A stretch of DNA of 64,000 bases from Candidatus Melainabacteria bacterium 17Bon1m (GCA_032128875.1 JAVLKG010000003.1:449008-513007), one strand, 5' to 3'. Counted from the stretch's first letter, positions 1-10,029 are shown. Program-made: numbers and translations. The notes: generated by a model from the letters alone, not told the origin.

Positions 1-2
1 GC

Positions 3-1040
3 TGGTACACCGACCCGGAAATGACGGAGCAGGAAATTCACAAGATCTTCCGCAAGACTTGGCAATATGTGGGACCGACTCAAAAGCTCAAAAACGTCGG
101 CGACTTTATCACTGGTTATGTCGGTGGAATTCCGGTGGTAGTGGTTCGCAACGACCAGGGACTTCAAGGATTCGTCAATGTTTGCCGCCATCGTCGCCAT
201 GAGGTCATGAAAGACTGCGGCAACGCGAAGATAATGCAGTGCCGCTACCACGCCTGGACTTATGATCTGTGCGGAGAATTGAAAGCCGCACCTCGCTCTG
301 ATCGCGAGCCGAATTTTTCAGTGTCGGACTATCCGCTTTTGCCAATCAAGGTAGAAACATTGGGTCCATGGGTGTTCGCAAATGCTGATGAAAACAGCAA
401 ACCGCTGGTAACTTATTTCGGGCCATTGCTGGACATTATTGCTGAATCCGGTATTGATTTGGATTCGCTCGAACTTTGGAGTCGCGACGAGTGGGATGCG
501 CGCGCCAACTGGAAGACGATGTTAGAAAATTATCTCGAGTGCTATCACTGTCCGGTCGCGCACCCTGGATTTAGCGCTGCGATTGATGTAGACCAAGATA
601 GTTACAAGCTTACGCCTTACGAATGGTTTTCCAGTCAAGTCGGTTATGTTCGCCAGTCAGCGTTGGAGGGCAGCGCGAAGGTCAAAACCTATGATGCAAA
701 AGGTTCTGTTAAACAAGCGCAGTATCATTTGCTCTGGCCGAATTTCACGATTAACATCAATCCCGGGTTTCCCAACCTCTCAATTGATGTTTGGTTGCCC
801 AATGGACCAAACACTGCCAAAGGTTTTTCAGAGCAGTATTTCGCCCCAAGTGTCGATAAGGCCTGGGCAGAAGAACTCATTCACTTCAATACTGAAGTCG
901 GTTTAGAAGATGACGTGCTGACGAATTCTGTGCAGCTCGGGTTGATCGGTGGCACGCCCAGCGTGGGGCGCTTCCTCACGAACAGCGAACATCTATGCAT
1001 TCACTTTCAAAAGCTCGTCGTCAATGCGATGTGCGAGTAG
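3..1040 (+). CDS. Rieske non-heme iron oxygenase alpha subunit (choline/carnitine monooxygenase-like); 5' end truncated by the window
   Basis: Rieske motifs CRH...CRYH; mononuclear Fe motif ENYLECYHCPVAH; the frame is open to the window edge (WYTDPE precedes the ATG at 21). Confidence 0.9.
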   Translation, partial: WYTDPEMTEQEIHKIFRKTWQYVGPTQKLKNVGDFITGYVGGIPVVVVRNDQGLQGFVNVCRHRRHEVMKDCGNAKIMQCRYHAWTYDLCGELKAAPRSDREPNFSVSDYPLLPIKVETLGPWVFANADENSKPLVTYFGPLLDIIAESGIDLDSLELWSRDEWDARANWKTMLENYLECYHCPVAHPGFSAAIDVDQDSYKLTPYEWFSSQVGYVRQSALEGSAKVKTYDAKGSVKQAQYHLLWPNFTININPGFPNLSIDVWLPNGPNTAKGFSEQYFAPSVDKAWAEELIHFNTEVGLEDDVLTNSVQLGLIGGTPSVGRFLTNSEHLCIHFQKLVVNAMCE

Positions 1041-1095
1041 CAGACTTTGATTTAGAGTGGGTTTAAAACTAGGAAACAAGGAAACTGGCAGCAGC

Positions 1096-3810
1096 ATGTT
1101 ACAGGTATACGACAGTCAGGAGACTCGCCGGCTTGAAGAAGATCGGCTAAGGCAGCGCAACTGGAAGCGTTGGGGTCCGTATCTGTCGAACCGGCAGTGG
1201 GGCACTGTCCGCGAAGACTATTCAGCGGGCGGGTCGTGCTGGGACTACTTCACTCACGATCATTCGCGCAGCCGCGCATACCGCTGGGGTGAAGACGGGC
1301 TGCTAGGCATCACTGATCGAGAGTGCCGCTTGTGCTTTTCACTCTCATTGTGGAATGGCAAAGATCCGATATTGAAAGAACGGCTTTTTGGACTGACTGG
1401 TCCCGAGGGTAATCACGGCGAAGACGTCAAGGAAAACTTTTACTACATAGATTCGACGATTACGCACTCGTACATGAAGGCGCTGTATAAGTACCCAGCC
1501 AACGAGTTTCCTTATGAACGGCTCGTCAAAGAGAATCGAAATCGCAGTCGCTCAATGCCAGAATTTGAGCTGTATGACACAGGCGTCTTCGACAATGACG
1601 AATACTTCGATGTTTTCGTCGAGTATGCCAAGAATACGCCAAACGACATACTCATAAAGGTTGTGATTAACAATCGTTCGTCAGAAGCGCGTCAGATTCA
1701 CTTCTTGCCGATGCTGTGGTTTCGCAACACTTGGAGTTTTGGATCCGCTTACGATCGTGTCACGACAAGACCTGGCATGAAATTTGAGAAGCCTGGATTG
1801 ATTTCCACCGAGCATGAAACACTCGGTAAGTTTTATTTCGCGTATCAAACACCACCCAATGCAAAGGCTGAGCCGAAGCCGCTTTTTACTGAGAATGAAA
1901 CGAATCACGAACGTCTTTTCGGACTGCCAAATTCGGTTCCTTATGTGAAGGATGCCTTTCACGAATATGTAGTCGGTAAAAAGGAAGATGCTGTAAATCC
2001 AGACCGCGTTGGCACGAAATTTGCACCGCACTATGTTTTGGAAATCGGTGCCAAGGATTCGTGCACAGTCAATCTGCGCCTGTTTTCAGAGTCCGAACAA
2101 CCGAGCGAGTTTTTTGGCGCAGAGTTCGACAAACTATTTTTGGTACGACTGGCCGAAGCCGACGATCTCTACTACAAAGATGGTGTCATCCACCCATCTT
2201 TAACCTCGGAAGAAAAGCTTGTGGCGCGCCAGGCTTATGCCGGACTTCTTTGGACGAAACAGTTTTATCACTACGTCATTCCGGACTGGCTTGATGGCGA
2301 TATGAGTCAGCCTGCTCCACCCGGACAGCGCAAAAGTGGACGGAATAAAGATTGGAAGCACGTCTACAACCGCGACATTATTTCTATGCCCGACAAGTGG
2401 GAATACCCTTGGTTTGCCGCCTGGGATCTGGCATTCCACATGATTCCGTTTTCCGATATGGATTCATACTTCGCCAAGGACCAAATGATTCTTCTCTTGC
2501 GCGAATGGTATATGCACCCTAACGGTCAGATTCCTGCGTATGAGTTCAATTTTGGTGACGTCAATCCGCCTGTTCATGCGTGGGCGGCGTGGCACATCTA
2601 TAAATCCGAGCGCTACACCGGTGTGCCTGATCGCGTCTTTCTTGAAAGTATTTTTCAGAAGCTGACGCTCAATTTCACATGGTGGGTGAATCGCAAAGAT
2701 TTGGAGGGAAACAATCTCTTTTCTGGCGGATTCTTAGGATTGGACAATATCGGTGCCTTTGACAGATCGCAAAAGCTGCCAACGGGCGGTGTTCTCGAGC
2801 AGGCTGACGGAACTGCCTGGATGGCATTTTTCTGTCTCAATATGTTCCGCATGGCGATGGAATTGGCACAGGAAAATCCTGTCTATGAAGACATGGCATC
2901 GAGATATTTTGAGCATTTTGTTTCCATCACAGACGCGATGAATTGCCTTGGCGGCAACGGACTCTGGCATGAAGAAGATGGCTTCTACTACGATCAAATT
3001 CACGTAGACGATCATTCCATGCCACTGAAGATACGCTCTCTGGTCGGACTTCTGCCACTGATTGCGGTGCATACATTCGATGAAAGTCAGCTTTCCTGTA
3101 TGCCGAATTTCTACAAGCGCATGGCGTGGTTTCTCACATACAGAGCGGATTTGTCGAAATCTATTTCCTATGCAGCAGAAGATCACGATGTACGCATTTT
3201 AGCGATTCCATCTAAAGAGAGATTGGAAAGATTGCTTGCATATCTTTTGGATGAGGAGGAGTTTCTTTCTCCATACGGCATACGCTCGCTGTCGAAATAT
3301 CACGAGAAGCATCCGTATTCGTTCTTCGCAGGCGGCAAGGAGCATCGAGTTGAGTATATGCCGGACGAAAGCGATACCGGCATGTTTGGTGGCAATTCGA
3401 ATTGGAGAGGACCGATTTGGTTTCCCCTTAACTATCTGATTGTCGAAGCTTTGCTGCGCTACTACCATTTTTATGGTGACTCTTTCCTCGTCGAATGTCC
3501 GACAGGCTCAGGCAATATGATGAATCTCGAGCAAGTTTCGCAGGAGATTGCTCGCCGCCTTTCATCAATATTTCTGCCCGATGAAAATGGTGTTCGCCCC
3601 TGCAATGGGCAGCAAACAAAATATGCGGATGACCCAAATTGGAGAAATTTGGTTCTCTTTTACGAATACTTCAACCCGGAGACAGGCAGGGGGCTGGGAG
3701 CCGACCACCAAACCGGATGGACCGCACTTGTCGCTGACCTGCTCGCACGCGAAAGATGGGATAAACTTGTCAACGGAACAAGGGTAGTTTTAGACGTTGC
3801 GCGATCTTGA
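1096..3810 (+). CDS. GH63/MGH1-like glucosidase
   Basis: Motifs WGPYLSNRQWGTVREDYS, MPDKWEYPWFAAWDLAFH, GGNSNWRGPIWFP and HQTGWT; ORF open from GTG 1057, with ATG 1096 the more likely start. Confidence 0.85.
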   Translation: MLQVYDSQETRRLEEDRLRQRNWKRWGPYLSNRQWGTVREDYSAGGSCWDYFTHDHSRSRAYRWGEDGLLGITDRECRLCFSLSLWNGKDPILKERLFGLTGPEGNHGEDVKENFYYIDSTITHSYMKALYKYPANEFPYERLVKENRNRSRSMPEFELYDTGVFDNDEYFDVFVEYAKNTPNDILIKVVINNRSSEARQIHFLPMLWFRNTWSFGSAYDRVTTRPGMKFEKPGLISTEHETLGKFYFAYQTPPNAKAEPKPLFTENETNHERLFGLPNSVPYVKDAFHEYVVGKKEDAVNPDRVGTKFAPHYVLEIGAKDSCTVNLRLFSESEQPSEFFGAEFDKLFLVRLAEADDLYYKDGVIHPSLTSEEKLVARQAYAGLLWTKQFYHYVIPDWLDGDMSQPAPPGQRKSGRNKDWKHVYNRDIISMPDKWEYPWFAAWDLAFHMIPFSDMDSYFAKDQMILLLREWYMHPNGQIPAYEFNFGDVNPPVHAWAAWHIYKSERYTGVPDRVFLESIFQKLTLNFTWWVNRKDLEGNNLFSGGFLGLDNIGAFDRSQKLPTGGVLEQADGTAWMAFFCLNMFRMAMELAQENPVYEDMASRYFEHFVSITDAMNCLGGNGLWHEEDGFYYDQIHVDDHSMPLKIRSLVGLLPLIAVHTFDESQLSCMPNFYKRMAWFLTYRADLSKSISYAAEDHDVRILAIPSKERLERLLAYLLDEEEFLSPYGIRSLSKYHEKHPYSFFAGGKEHRVEYMPDESDTGMFGGNSNWRGPIWFPLNYLIVEALLRYYHFYGDSFLVECPTGSGNMMNLEQVSQEIARRLSSIFLPDENGVRPCNGQQTKYADDPNWRNLVLFYEYFNPETGRGLGADHQTGWTALVADLLARERWDKLVNGTRVVLDVARS

Positions 3811-3874
3811 AATGCTAAACGGCATGCGGATCAGTTTTATAAACAAAAACCGAAGTGCGAGCCGATGGAATGTT

Positions 3875-5254
3875 ATGGCGCGTAAGGTCGCTGCCGTAGC
3901 ACTGAGTCTGCAAATTCTTTCTTGTTCCAGTGCTTTTGCACTGCAGCCTCTTGATGAAGAACGTCAAATCGATGCAATAACGAACCAGATATTGCACAAA
4001 GAAATTGATTTAGAACGATACTATCTGCAATACCGCGTCTATGGCACGAAAATTCCTAAGACCCAACGCATTCGCTTTGCTGCCGGTCAAATCGCCTCTG
4101 CTGCCGCTGGTTTGGCGTCTAGTATTTGGCTGGTCAAAATTTCCGGCGCCAATATTCATCACCCTGAAAAAATTACCGATGGTGAAAATCGTCGCGCTAT
4201 ACGAGTGGGAATTATCGCCATTCTGTTAGATGGCGCCAGCGTCGGGCTGGAGTTTGGCTCGAACGGCTGGACGGCCATGAAGAACATCATTTTGAAGAAA
4301 AGCCCCGGTGCTGCTGTCAAAGAAGTGATTAAGCGCGTACAGGAGATCGATGCTTTACGCGCTGAGAGAGACTCGCTTGTGGCGAAGTTTCCTGATTCTG
4401 AACTCGGTGGAGTGTATAGAGCAGAAGGTCGGGTGTTAAAGCACTTCCGTGATTGGTGCCTCTCTGAATTCGCGGATGTGTATTCCGATATCAAAGCACT
4501 TCAGTCCAGTTACAACGTTTACTATGCTCTCGACCTGGCCGCTGATGGTCTCTATTTGGCGTCATATTTGCTAGGCATGCAGTCATACAAAAGCGATCGA
4601 TTTACGAAGCCTTCTGTGATCACCGGCATTGTTGGCGATGGCATCGGTATCGCCAGCGCGCCTGCGAGTGGACGCTCATATTACGCGCTTGCGAAGTTTT
4701 GGCGCAATAGATTGAAAAAGAAGTTTCAAGAGTCTCTCATGGATGCGGAAGATGACGCTAAAGTGGCTATGGCTGACCTGAATCGAGAACTCTCGACCAA
4801 GGATATCTCTCTGCTGGAGGCTACACCTTCCGTCCAGAATCGCACCTCTGCGTATGCGCTTTGGTCGGCGCGTTACGACCGAAGTATCGACGAGAGCCTG
4901 GAAGATCTGCGCCACAACAATAAAGTTGCATTGCAGGGCGAGCTGACTGGTCCACTGATTTCAGGGACTTATTTGAATCAGGATATTTTGGGTATGGTCA
5001 GCCTCAGCGGCCGGCTGCGCAACCGCGATAGAGCGCAAAACAATCTTGCACTGGCCGGAGCAATCGGTTCTACCGCCGGTACTGGGTTTTCTTTGGGACT
5101 AACTACCTATTGGTTATATGATGATATTCGTCATCGAACAAGAATGAGAAAGAAAGGTGAGCTGCCTGAGCAGATTTTGGCTAGACGATTGAAAACTCTC
5201 GATGAACTCGATTCGATGTTGATTTCGTCGAATAAGCCGCAGCCTATTCAATGA
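3875..5254 (+). CDS. Hypothetical exported/membrane protein
   Basis: Long ORF (open from 3797); signal-peptide-like MARKVAAVALSLQILSCSSAFA; several Gly/Ala-rich hydrophobic segments; overlaps the next gene (ATGA). Confidence 0.75.
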   Translation: MARKVAAVALSLQILSCSSAFALQPLDEERQIDAITNQILHKEIDLERYYLQYRVYGTKIPKTQRIRFAAGQIASAAAGLASSIWLVKISGANIHHPEKITDGENRRAIRVGIIAILLDGASVGLEFGSNGWTAMKNIILKKSPGAAVKEVIKRVQEIDALRAERDSLVAKFPDSELGGVYRAEGRVLKHFRDWCLSEFADVYSDIKALQSSYNVYYALDLAADGLYLASYLLGMQSYKSDRFTKPSVITGIVGDGIGIASAPASGRSYYALAKFWRNRLKKKFQESLMDAEDDAKVAMADLNRELSTKDISLLEATPSVQNRTSAYALWSARYDRSIDESLEDLRHNNKVALQGELTGPLISGTYLNQDILGMVSLSGRLRNRDRAQNNLALAGAIGSTAGTGFSLGLTTYWLYDDIRHRTRMRKKGELPEQILARRLKTLDELDSMLISSNKPQPIQ

Positions 5255-6273
5255 AACAGTCTGAATCAATGAGTGATAATTTTCTGAAATCGGAGCGCCT
5301 CCATTTTCGGCGGTGGCGCGCGGATGATCTGGAACTCGCCTGGAGCCTTTGGGGAGACCCAGAAGTAACAAAGCTCTTCAGCAGAGAACCTCTAACACGT
5401 GGGTCGGTGGAGATGCGCTTGGCGCAAGAGATAGAACAGGGAAACAAGTACGGAATTCAATACTGGCCGCTCTTCACTCCTGATGGCAATTTCGTCGGCT
5501 GCTGCGGTTTGAGACCGAAAACTGAGAGCGCCGTGGAAATTGGTTTTCACCTCCTGCCGAAACATTGGGGAAAGGGTTATGCAACTGAGGCTGCAAGAGC
5601 GGTTATAGATCATGCGTTTTCAACCTTGAAGATAGAAAGTTTGTTCGCTGGTCATCATCCGGATAACAAATCCTCGCGAAGCGCTCTGCGCAAACTAGGT
5701 TTTATCGGTGCTCCGGCGGAGTTTTACGAACCAACAGGATTGCATCATCCATCGTACTTGCTATACAAGGAAGATAAACCTTGTCGATTGCGTCTTGCTC
5801 AACAAGCTGACTCATATGCTCTAGCTGCTGTTCATCACGATTCGCTGAAGGGAACATTTGACGAGCTTGTACCTGCATATGCAAACTCGAGATGTCTGGA
5901 TGATTTTGAACATCTGTGGAGCGGGAGGTTCGATGATCCGCTTTGCGTGACGAGTGCGCTTGTGCGCGGCGAACAGATTGTTGGTCTTGTGTCGGCATCT
6001 GCGCCACGTGACGATGATTCCGATGGTACATTCGGCGAAGTCGGACGTATTTATCTGCACCCATCTGTTTGGCAGAAGGGGCATGGCGCTGCGCTTCTTG
6101 CTTGGTGCGAAGAAGAGCTTGCGAGGAAGGGTTATGTTATGTCCAAGCTTTGGGTCTTCGAAGTCAACGAGCGTGCACGACGTTTTTACGAAAAGAACGG
6201 ATACCGTTTGGACGGCAAGACGAAAGAAGAGTTCGCAACACGCTTGCTCCGCTACGAAAAGAAATTATTGTAG
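5251..6273 (+). CDS. Tandem GNAT N-acetyltransferase (RimJ/RimL-like domain plus GNAT domain)
   Basis: Two acetyl-CoA motifs: HWGKGYATEAA...N..S..ALRKLGF and VWQKGHGAALL...NERARRFYEKNGY. Confidence 0.88.
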   Translation: MKQSESMSDNFLKSERLHFRRWRADDLELAWSLWGDPEVTKLFSREPLTRGSVEMRLAQEIEQGNKYGIQYWPLFTPDGNFVGCCGLRPKTESAVEIGFHLLPKHWGKGYATEAARAVIDHAFSTLKIESLFAGHHPDNKSSRSALRKLGFIGAPAEFYEPTGLHHPSYLLYKEDKPCRLRLAQQADSYALAAVHHDSLKGTFDELVPAYANSRCLDDFEHLWSGRFDDPLCVTSALVRGEQIVGLVSASAPRDDDSDGTFGEVGRIYLHPSVWQKGHGAALLAWCEEELARKGYVMSKLWVFEVNERARRFYEKNGYRLDGKTKEEFATRLLRYEKKLL

Positions 6274-6294
6274 GGGCGACGCCATGCGTCGCCC
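6270..6294 (+). repeat. GTAG-family REP-like palindrome, probably also the terminator between convergent genes
   Basis: GTAG followed by GGGCGACGC-CAT-GCGTCGCCC (9-bp perfect stem), then GGTTTTT. Confidence 0.6.
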
Positions 6295-6322
6295 GGTTTT
6301 TATGACGATCGTTTGAAAACTA

Positions 6323-7003
6323 CTAGCGTTTTGAATTCAGGCGATAACCTTCTTTCGAAAGGTTTTCAATCACGGTTCCTTCTACGTCGCCGATTTTCTT
6401 TCTGACACGCTTAATCGCAGAGCGGACAGCTTCTTCCGACGACTCACCATCGCCGCCCCATGCGCGCTGCGCAAGAGCTTCGTAACTAAATACGTCATCC
6501 GGATGCTGCATCATAAATTCGAGCAGCGCAAAATCTTTTGGTGAAAGATGCACGTTCATCCCGTCAACAGTTAGCTTTCTGCTTGCTGATGAAAGTTCTA
6601 AATTCCGCACTTGGATGGTGACATCGCCTTCCGGAAAATCGTAGCTGCGACGCAGAAGCGCACGCAATCTTGCTGAAAGCTCGGTCAGGTGAAAAGGTTT
6701 GCTCAAATAATCATCGGCACCCATATCGAGTCCCGATTCTTTGTCGGACAAACCGCCGCGACCCGTAAGCATTAAGACAGGTGTTCTGCCGCCACTTGAG
6801 CGATAGTTCTTGAGCACATCCAAGCCGGACATCTTCGGCAAATTCCAATCAAGCATGATTAAGTCATATTTGAAAGATGACAGCCGAAAGTTAGCTTCCG
6901 CGCCATCTCCGGCATGCTCGACTGTGTATCCCTCGTGCTCGAGGAAATCACTCATCGTGCTCGTCAGGTCGATATCGTCTTCAACCAGTAGAATTTTCGC
7001 CAT
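6323..7003 (-). CDS. OmpR-family response regulator
   Basis: MAKILLVEDD, LDWNLP (phosphoacceptor Asp), GADDYLSKPF and a winged-helix C-terminus; ORF open from 7036. Confidence 0.93.
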   Translation of the reverse strand: MAKILLVEDDIDLTSTMSDFLEHEGYTVEHAGDGAEANFRLSSFKYDLIMLDWNLPKMSGLDVLKNYRSSGGRTPVLMLTGRGGLSDKESGLDMGADDYLSKPFHLTELSARLRALLRRSYDFPEGDVTIQVRNLELSSASRKLTVDGMNVHLSPKDFALLEFMMQHPDDVFSYEALAQRAWGGDGESSEEAVRSAIKRVRKKIGDVEGTVIENLSKEGYRLNSKR

Positions 7004-7091
7004 GGCAACCGCTTGTTTTATCTGTGCTTGATACAAGTTGCATCATAGTACCGGGCTCCCTCCAATTTATCTACCCGGGCTAATTGCCGCA

Positions 7092-7763
7092 CTAATCTGG
7101 AAAGAATCCGTAGCCGTGCCCGTGTACGTTGCGCACCACATCATTCTCATTTTCTGCCGCCAGTTTTTGCCGCAAACGTTTGACGCATGACCGAATCGCC
7201 ATATCCGTAGATTCCGAATCTGTCGGCCAGACTCTATTGAGCAAAGTGTCTGGAGAGAAAAGCTCGCGAGGGTGTTTCATCAGGAATTCGAGCAATGCCA
7301 ATTCTTTCGGCAACAGCGGAACCTTCTTATTGCCGATACGAAGCACGCCTGCTTTTCTGTCCAGCTCGAAGCGGTCGTGCTTGGGATTGTCGTCTTGCAC
7401 GTGCGGGCGCCGCAGGAGCGCCGAAATACGTGCGGTCAGCTCGCGTGCGTGGAAAGGCTTGGTCAGGTAGTCATCGGCTCCGGTGTCGAAGCCGGTTACC
7501 TTGTCGGCAATGTCTGATCTGCCTGTGAGCATGAGAATGGGCGATGTGCCCCCGGCATTCCGGTACTCCTTGAGAATGTCAATTCCCTTGCAACCAGGCA
7601 ATTCCCAGTCGAGAATAATGATGTCGTAGTCGTAAGTCTTCACGCGCGTGCGGGCGTCGGTGCCGTCGTTGACGACTTCGCACTGGTGTTTTTCTCTGGT
7701 TAGCCACCCCTGGATGATTTCTGCAAGGGCGGTATCGTCTTCTACGAGTAGTATTTTGGCCAT
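7092..7763 (-). CDS. OmpR-family response regulator
   Basis: MAKILLVEDD, LDWELP, GADDYLTKPF and C-terminal VRNVHGHGY. Confidence 0.93.
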   Translation of the reverse strand: MAKILLVEDDTALAEIIQGWLTREKHQCEVVNDGTDARTRVKTYDYDIIILDWELPGCKGIDILKEYRNAGGTSPILMLTGRSDIADKVTGFDTGADDYLTKPFHARELTARISALLRRPHVQDDNPKHDRFELDRKAGVLRIGNKKVPLLPKELALLEFLMKHPRELFSPDTLLNRVWPTDSESTDMAIRSCVKRLRQKLAAENENDVVRNVHGHGYGFFPD

Positions 7764-7800
7764 GGCAAGAGGTTCAATTAGCTATCAAATGATAGCTTAC

Positions 7801-9582
7801 TCAAGCCTCGTCGGTATTGAGGATAAACCAGAAAGTGCTGCCCTTACCTTCCTCTGAATCCACGCCGATTTGCCCGTCGTGGGCTTCTACAATCGCTTTG
7901 CAGATGGATAGTCCGAGCCCGAAGCCTTGTTTTCTGCCATCAGTGCCGCCGACCTGACGAAAGCGATCGAAGACAAATTTCAAATCTTCTGCGGCTATTC
8001 CGACGCCCTCATCCTTGATGCACACTTTGCAAGTGTCGCCATTTTTCTGAAGTGAGATTTTGATTGTTGATTTGGCTGGTGAGAATTTGACCGCATTGGT
8101 CAGAATGTTGGTTGCCACTTGCATCATTCTGGATTTGTCTATGTTGGCGAAGACTTCGTCAAGATCCGCTTTCAATTCGATGTCTTTGGGAATTGCCAGG
8201 GCTTCCACCTGTGCCATGCTGTTGCGCAGGAGTTCCGCCAAATCCGTCTTGTTGCGGTCGAGCGAAATGGTGCCGGCATCCAAGCGTTCCATTTCAAGAA
8301 GGCTGTTAGCTAAGGTGAGCATCTCTTGTGCAGAACCTTTCGCACGCTTTACTGATTTTAAAAGATTGGGTGGCATTTGGTCGCCCATTTCGATTTCCAA
8401 CCAATCAAGGACCATTTGAACGGATGTAAGCGGAGTGCGCAAGTCGTGATTGACCATGGCGAAGAAGTCAGACTTGATGCGCTCTAGCTCTTTGCGTTCG
8501 CTGATGTCCTGTACAATGCAGTAGAGTGAGCTTTCTTCTTTTGACCAGGAAACGCTCCACGACGCGTCCACCAATGCGCCATCTTTGCGTTTGATTTTTG
8601 TCTCTGTGCGAAACTCAGTGTCAGAGCCAATCACCTGCGAAAGTTCTGCACCAAATTTCTCTTTGTATTCATCGGCGATGAGTTCAACTACGCGCCGCGC
8701 TAAAAATTCTTCGCTCGAATATCCCCAGATTTTTTCCGTTGCCGGATTGACGCTGGTAAAGCTGAGACCAGCATCGAGAGAGCAAATCGCCTCTGCCGCG
8801 TTTTCCAGCATGGCTCGTTCGTGTTTGCGTAAAATTTCAATTGCTTCGTGCATCTGGTGATAAACTAAATCGATTTCGGCTAATTCATCGCCGCCTCTGA
8901 TCGGTGCAAGAGGCGCAAGTCCAGCAGACATTCGGCGGGTGTTGTCCATCAGAATGTCGAGGCGTTTTTTGAAATTGACGTTTACGTAGACTGCGGCTGT
9001 TATTGCGATGCCGACGATGAGTAAAAGCAGACTGCACAGAATTCTGACAGACAGCTCGTTGTTTTCGGTGAGCTGCCGTTGTAATTCAGTTTCGTTGGAA
9101 TTCTCTTGTCGAACAACATCGTTGACGAGCGAGTAGAATTTATTGATTCTGGCGCGGCTTCGGACAATTAATTGCATGGCGCCCATCTTGTCGCCTTCGT
9201 AATATCGGCTGCGCAATTGATCGAAATCTTCCTGCACGCCGTAGATAGTTCGCGTCAGTTGAAGCCACTGTGATTGCTTTGTTTTTGTGTGTGACGAAAG
9301 TTCTTCAATGACTTTTACTTCAGCGGCTGTGCGAAAGTTGAGTTCGCGAATTTTGCTGTCGTCTTTCGGAATCAGTCCTGCAAATTGTAAGAACATCATT
9401 TGTGTTCTTTCCAGGTGCATGGAAAGCAGAGCATTGATGTGCCCGACCATTGTGCGCGATTCAATGAGTTGAACGCGTGCGTCTTCCGATTGCGTGAATG
9501 TATGCAGCAGCCAGCCCACTAAGCCGACTTCCAGGACGACCGGTGCGGCTACGAGAATTAATATCTGTTTGGTAAGTTTGAT
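7801..9582 (-). CDS. Membrane sensor histidine kinase (periplasmic domain, HAMP, PAS, HisKA, HATPase); probable ATC start
   Basis: H-box VNHDLRTPLTS, N-box NILTNAVKF, G-boxes DEGVGI and GFGLGL; PAS-like segment. The called start GTG 9519 cuts the first TM helix; the frame is open 21 codons further, to ATC 9582. Confidence 0.9.
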   Translation of the reverse strand: MKLTKQILILVAAPVVLEVGLVGWLLHTFTQSEDARVQLIESRTMVGHINALLSMHLERTQMMFLQFAGLIPKDDSKIRELNFRTAAEVKVIEELSSHTKTKQSQWLQLTRTIYGVQEDFDQLRSRYYEGDKMGAMQLIVRSRARINKFYSLVNDVVRQENSNETELQRQLTENNELSVRILCSLLLLIVGIAITAAVYVNVNFKKRLDILMDNTRRMSAGLAPLAPIRGGDELAEIDLVYHQMHEAIEILRKHERAMLENAAEAICSLDAGLSFTSVNPATEKIWGYSSEEFLARRVVELIADEYKEKFGAELSQVIGSDTEFRTETKIKRKDGALVDASWSVSWSKEESSLYCIVQDISERKELERIKSDFFAMVNHDLRTPLTSVQMVLDWLEIEMGDQMPPNLLKSVKRAKGSAQEMLTLANSLLEMERLDAGTISLDRNKTDLAELLRNSMAQVEALAIPKDIELKADLDEVFANIDKSRMMQVATNILTNAVKFSPAKSTIKISLQKNGDTCKVCIKDEGVGIAAEDLKFVFDRFRQVGGTDGRKQGFGLGLSICKAIVEAHDGQIGVDSEEGKGSTFWFILNTDEA

Positions 9583-9622
9583 AGAGTTTCAGCCTTCAAA
9601 AGCAACCTTTGAAACCTGAATT

Positions 9623-9631
9623 AGTATAGCA
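9623..9631 (-). promoter_or_regulatory. Putative extended -10 promoter of the kinase/regulator operon
   Basis: TG-C-TATACT on the minus strand, about 40 nt upstream of the proposed ATC start. Confidence 0.4.
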
Positions 9632-9653
9632 ATGCAACGCCAGCATGCAGCAA

Positions 9654-9680
9654 AGGCGACCCCCGGTTTAGTGGTCGCCT
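9654..9680 (-). terminator. Hairpin, possible weak intrinsic terminator
   Basis: AGGCGACC/GGTCGCCT 8-bp stem downstream of the small minus-strand ORF; only a short U tract. Confidence 0.35.
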
Positions 9681-9712
9681 GCGCTGTGGTCCTTCTCCAA
9701 AAGGTTTTTTCG

Positions 9713-9919
9713 CTAAATCCTCCTGGTTCTGGGAGGATTCAGTTGGCTGATGAATCGATCGAAGCGCCGTTGCAGTGCAAACAGCTCGGCGCTCGTGATC
9801 GGTTCACGCGATCGCGACTCAACTTGCACCGGCATTCTACGGATAGTTTTTTCCGGCACAAACTGGAAGTCTGCGATCCCCTGCACATGAGTATTCAAAC
9901 TGGCTGAGGGTTCAAACAT
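9713..9919 (-). CDS. Possible small hypothetical protein (68 aa)
   Basis: ATG start with GGAGA upstream; fills the gap between cmk and the kinase on the same strand; followed by a hairpin. Confidence 0.35.
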   Translation of the reverse strand: MFEPSASLNTHVQGIADFQFVPEKTIRRMPVQVESRSREPITSAELFALQRRFDRFISQLNPPRTRRI

Positions 9920-10029
9920 CGTCGTGCAAAGTCTCCAGCAGCAGGGAAGCGAGGGATGCTGAGAAGATAACTCTGCAGTTTGGTCAAAAGTTGGGCATTA
10001 ATATTAAACGGCTAAGTACCGTTCGCGCT

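Noticed and set aside
9589-9591. In-frame TGA upstream of the kinase as a second Sec site
   Set aside because: No Cys/redox context, no nearby upstream start, no SECIS-like hairpin noticed, and a promoter-like element lies immediately upstream
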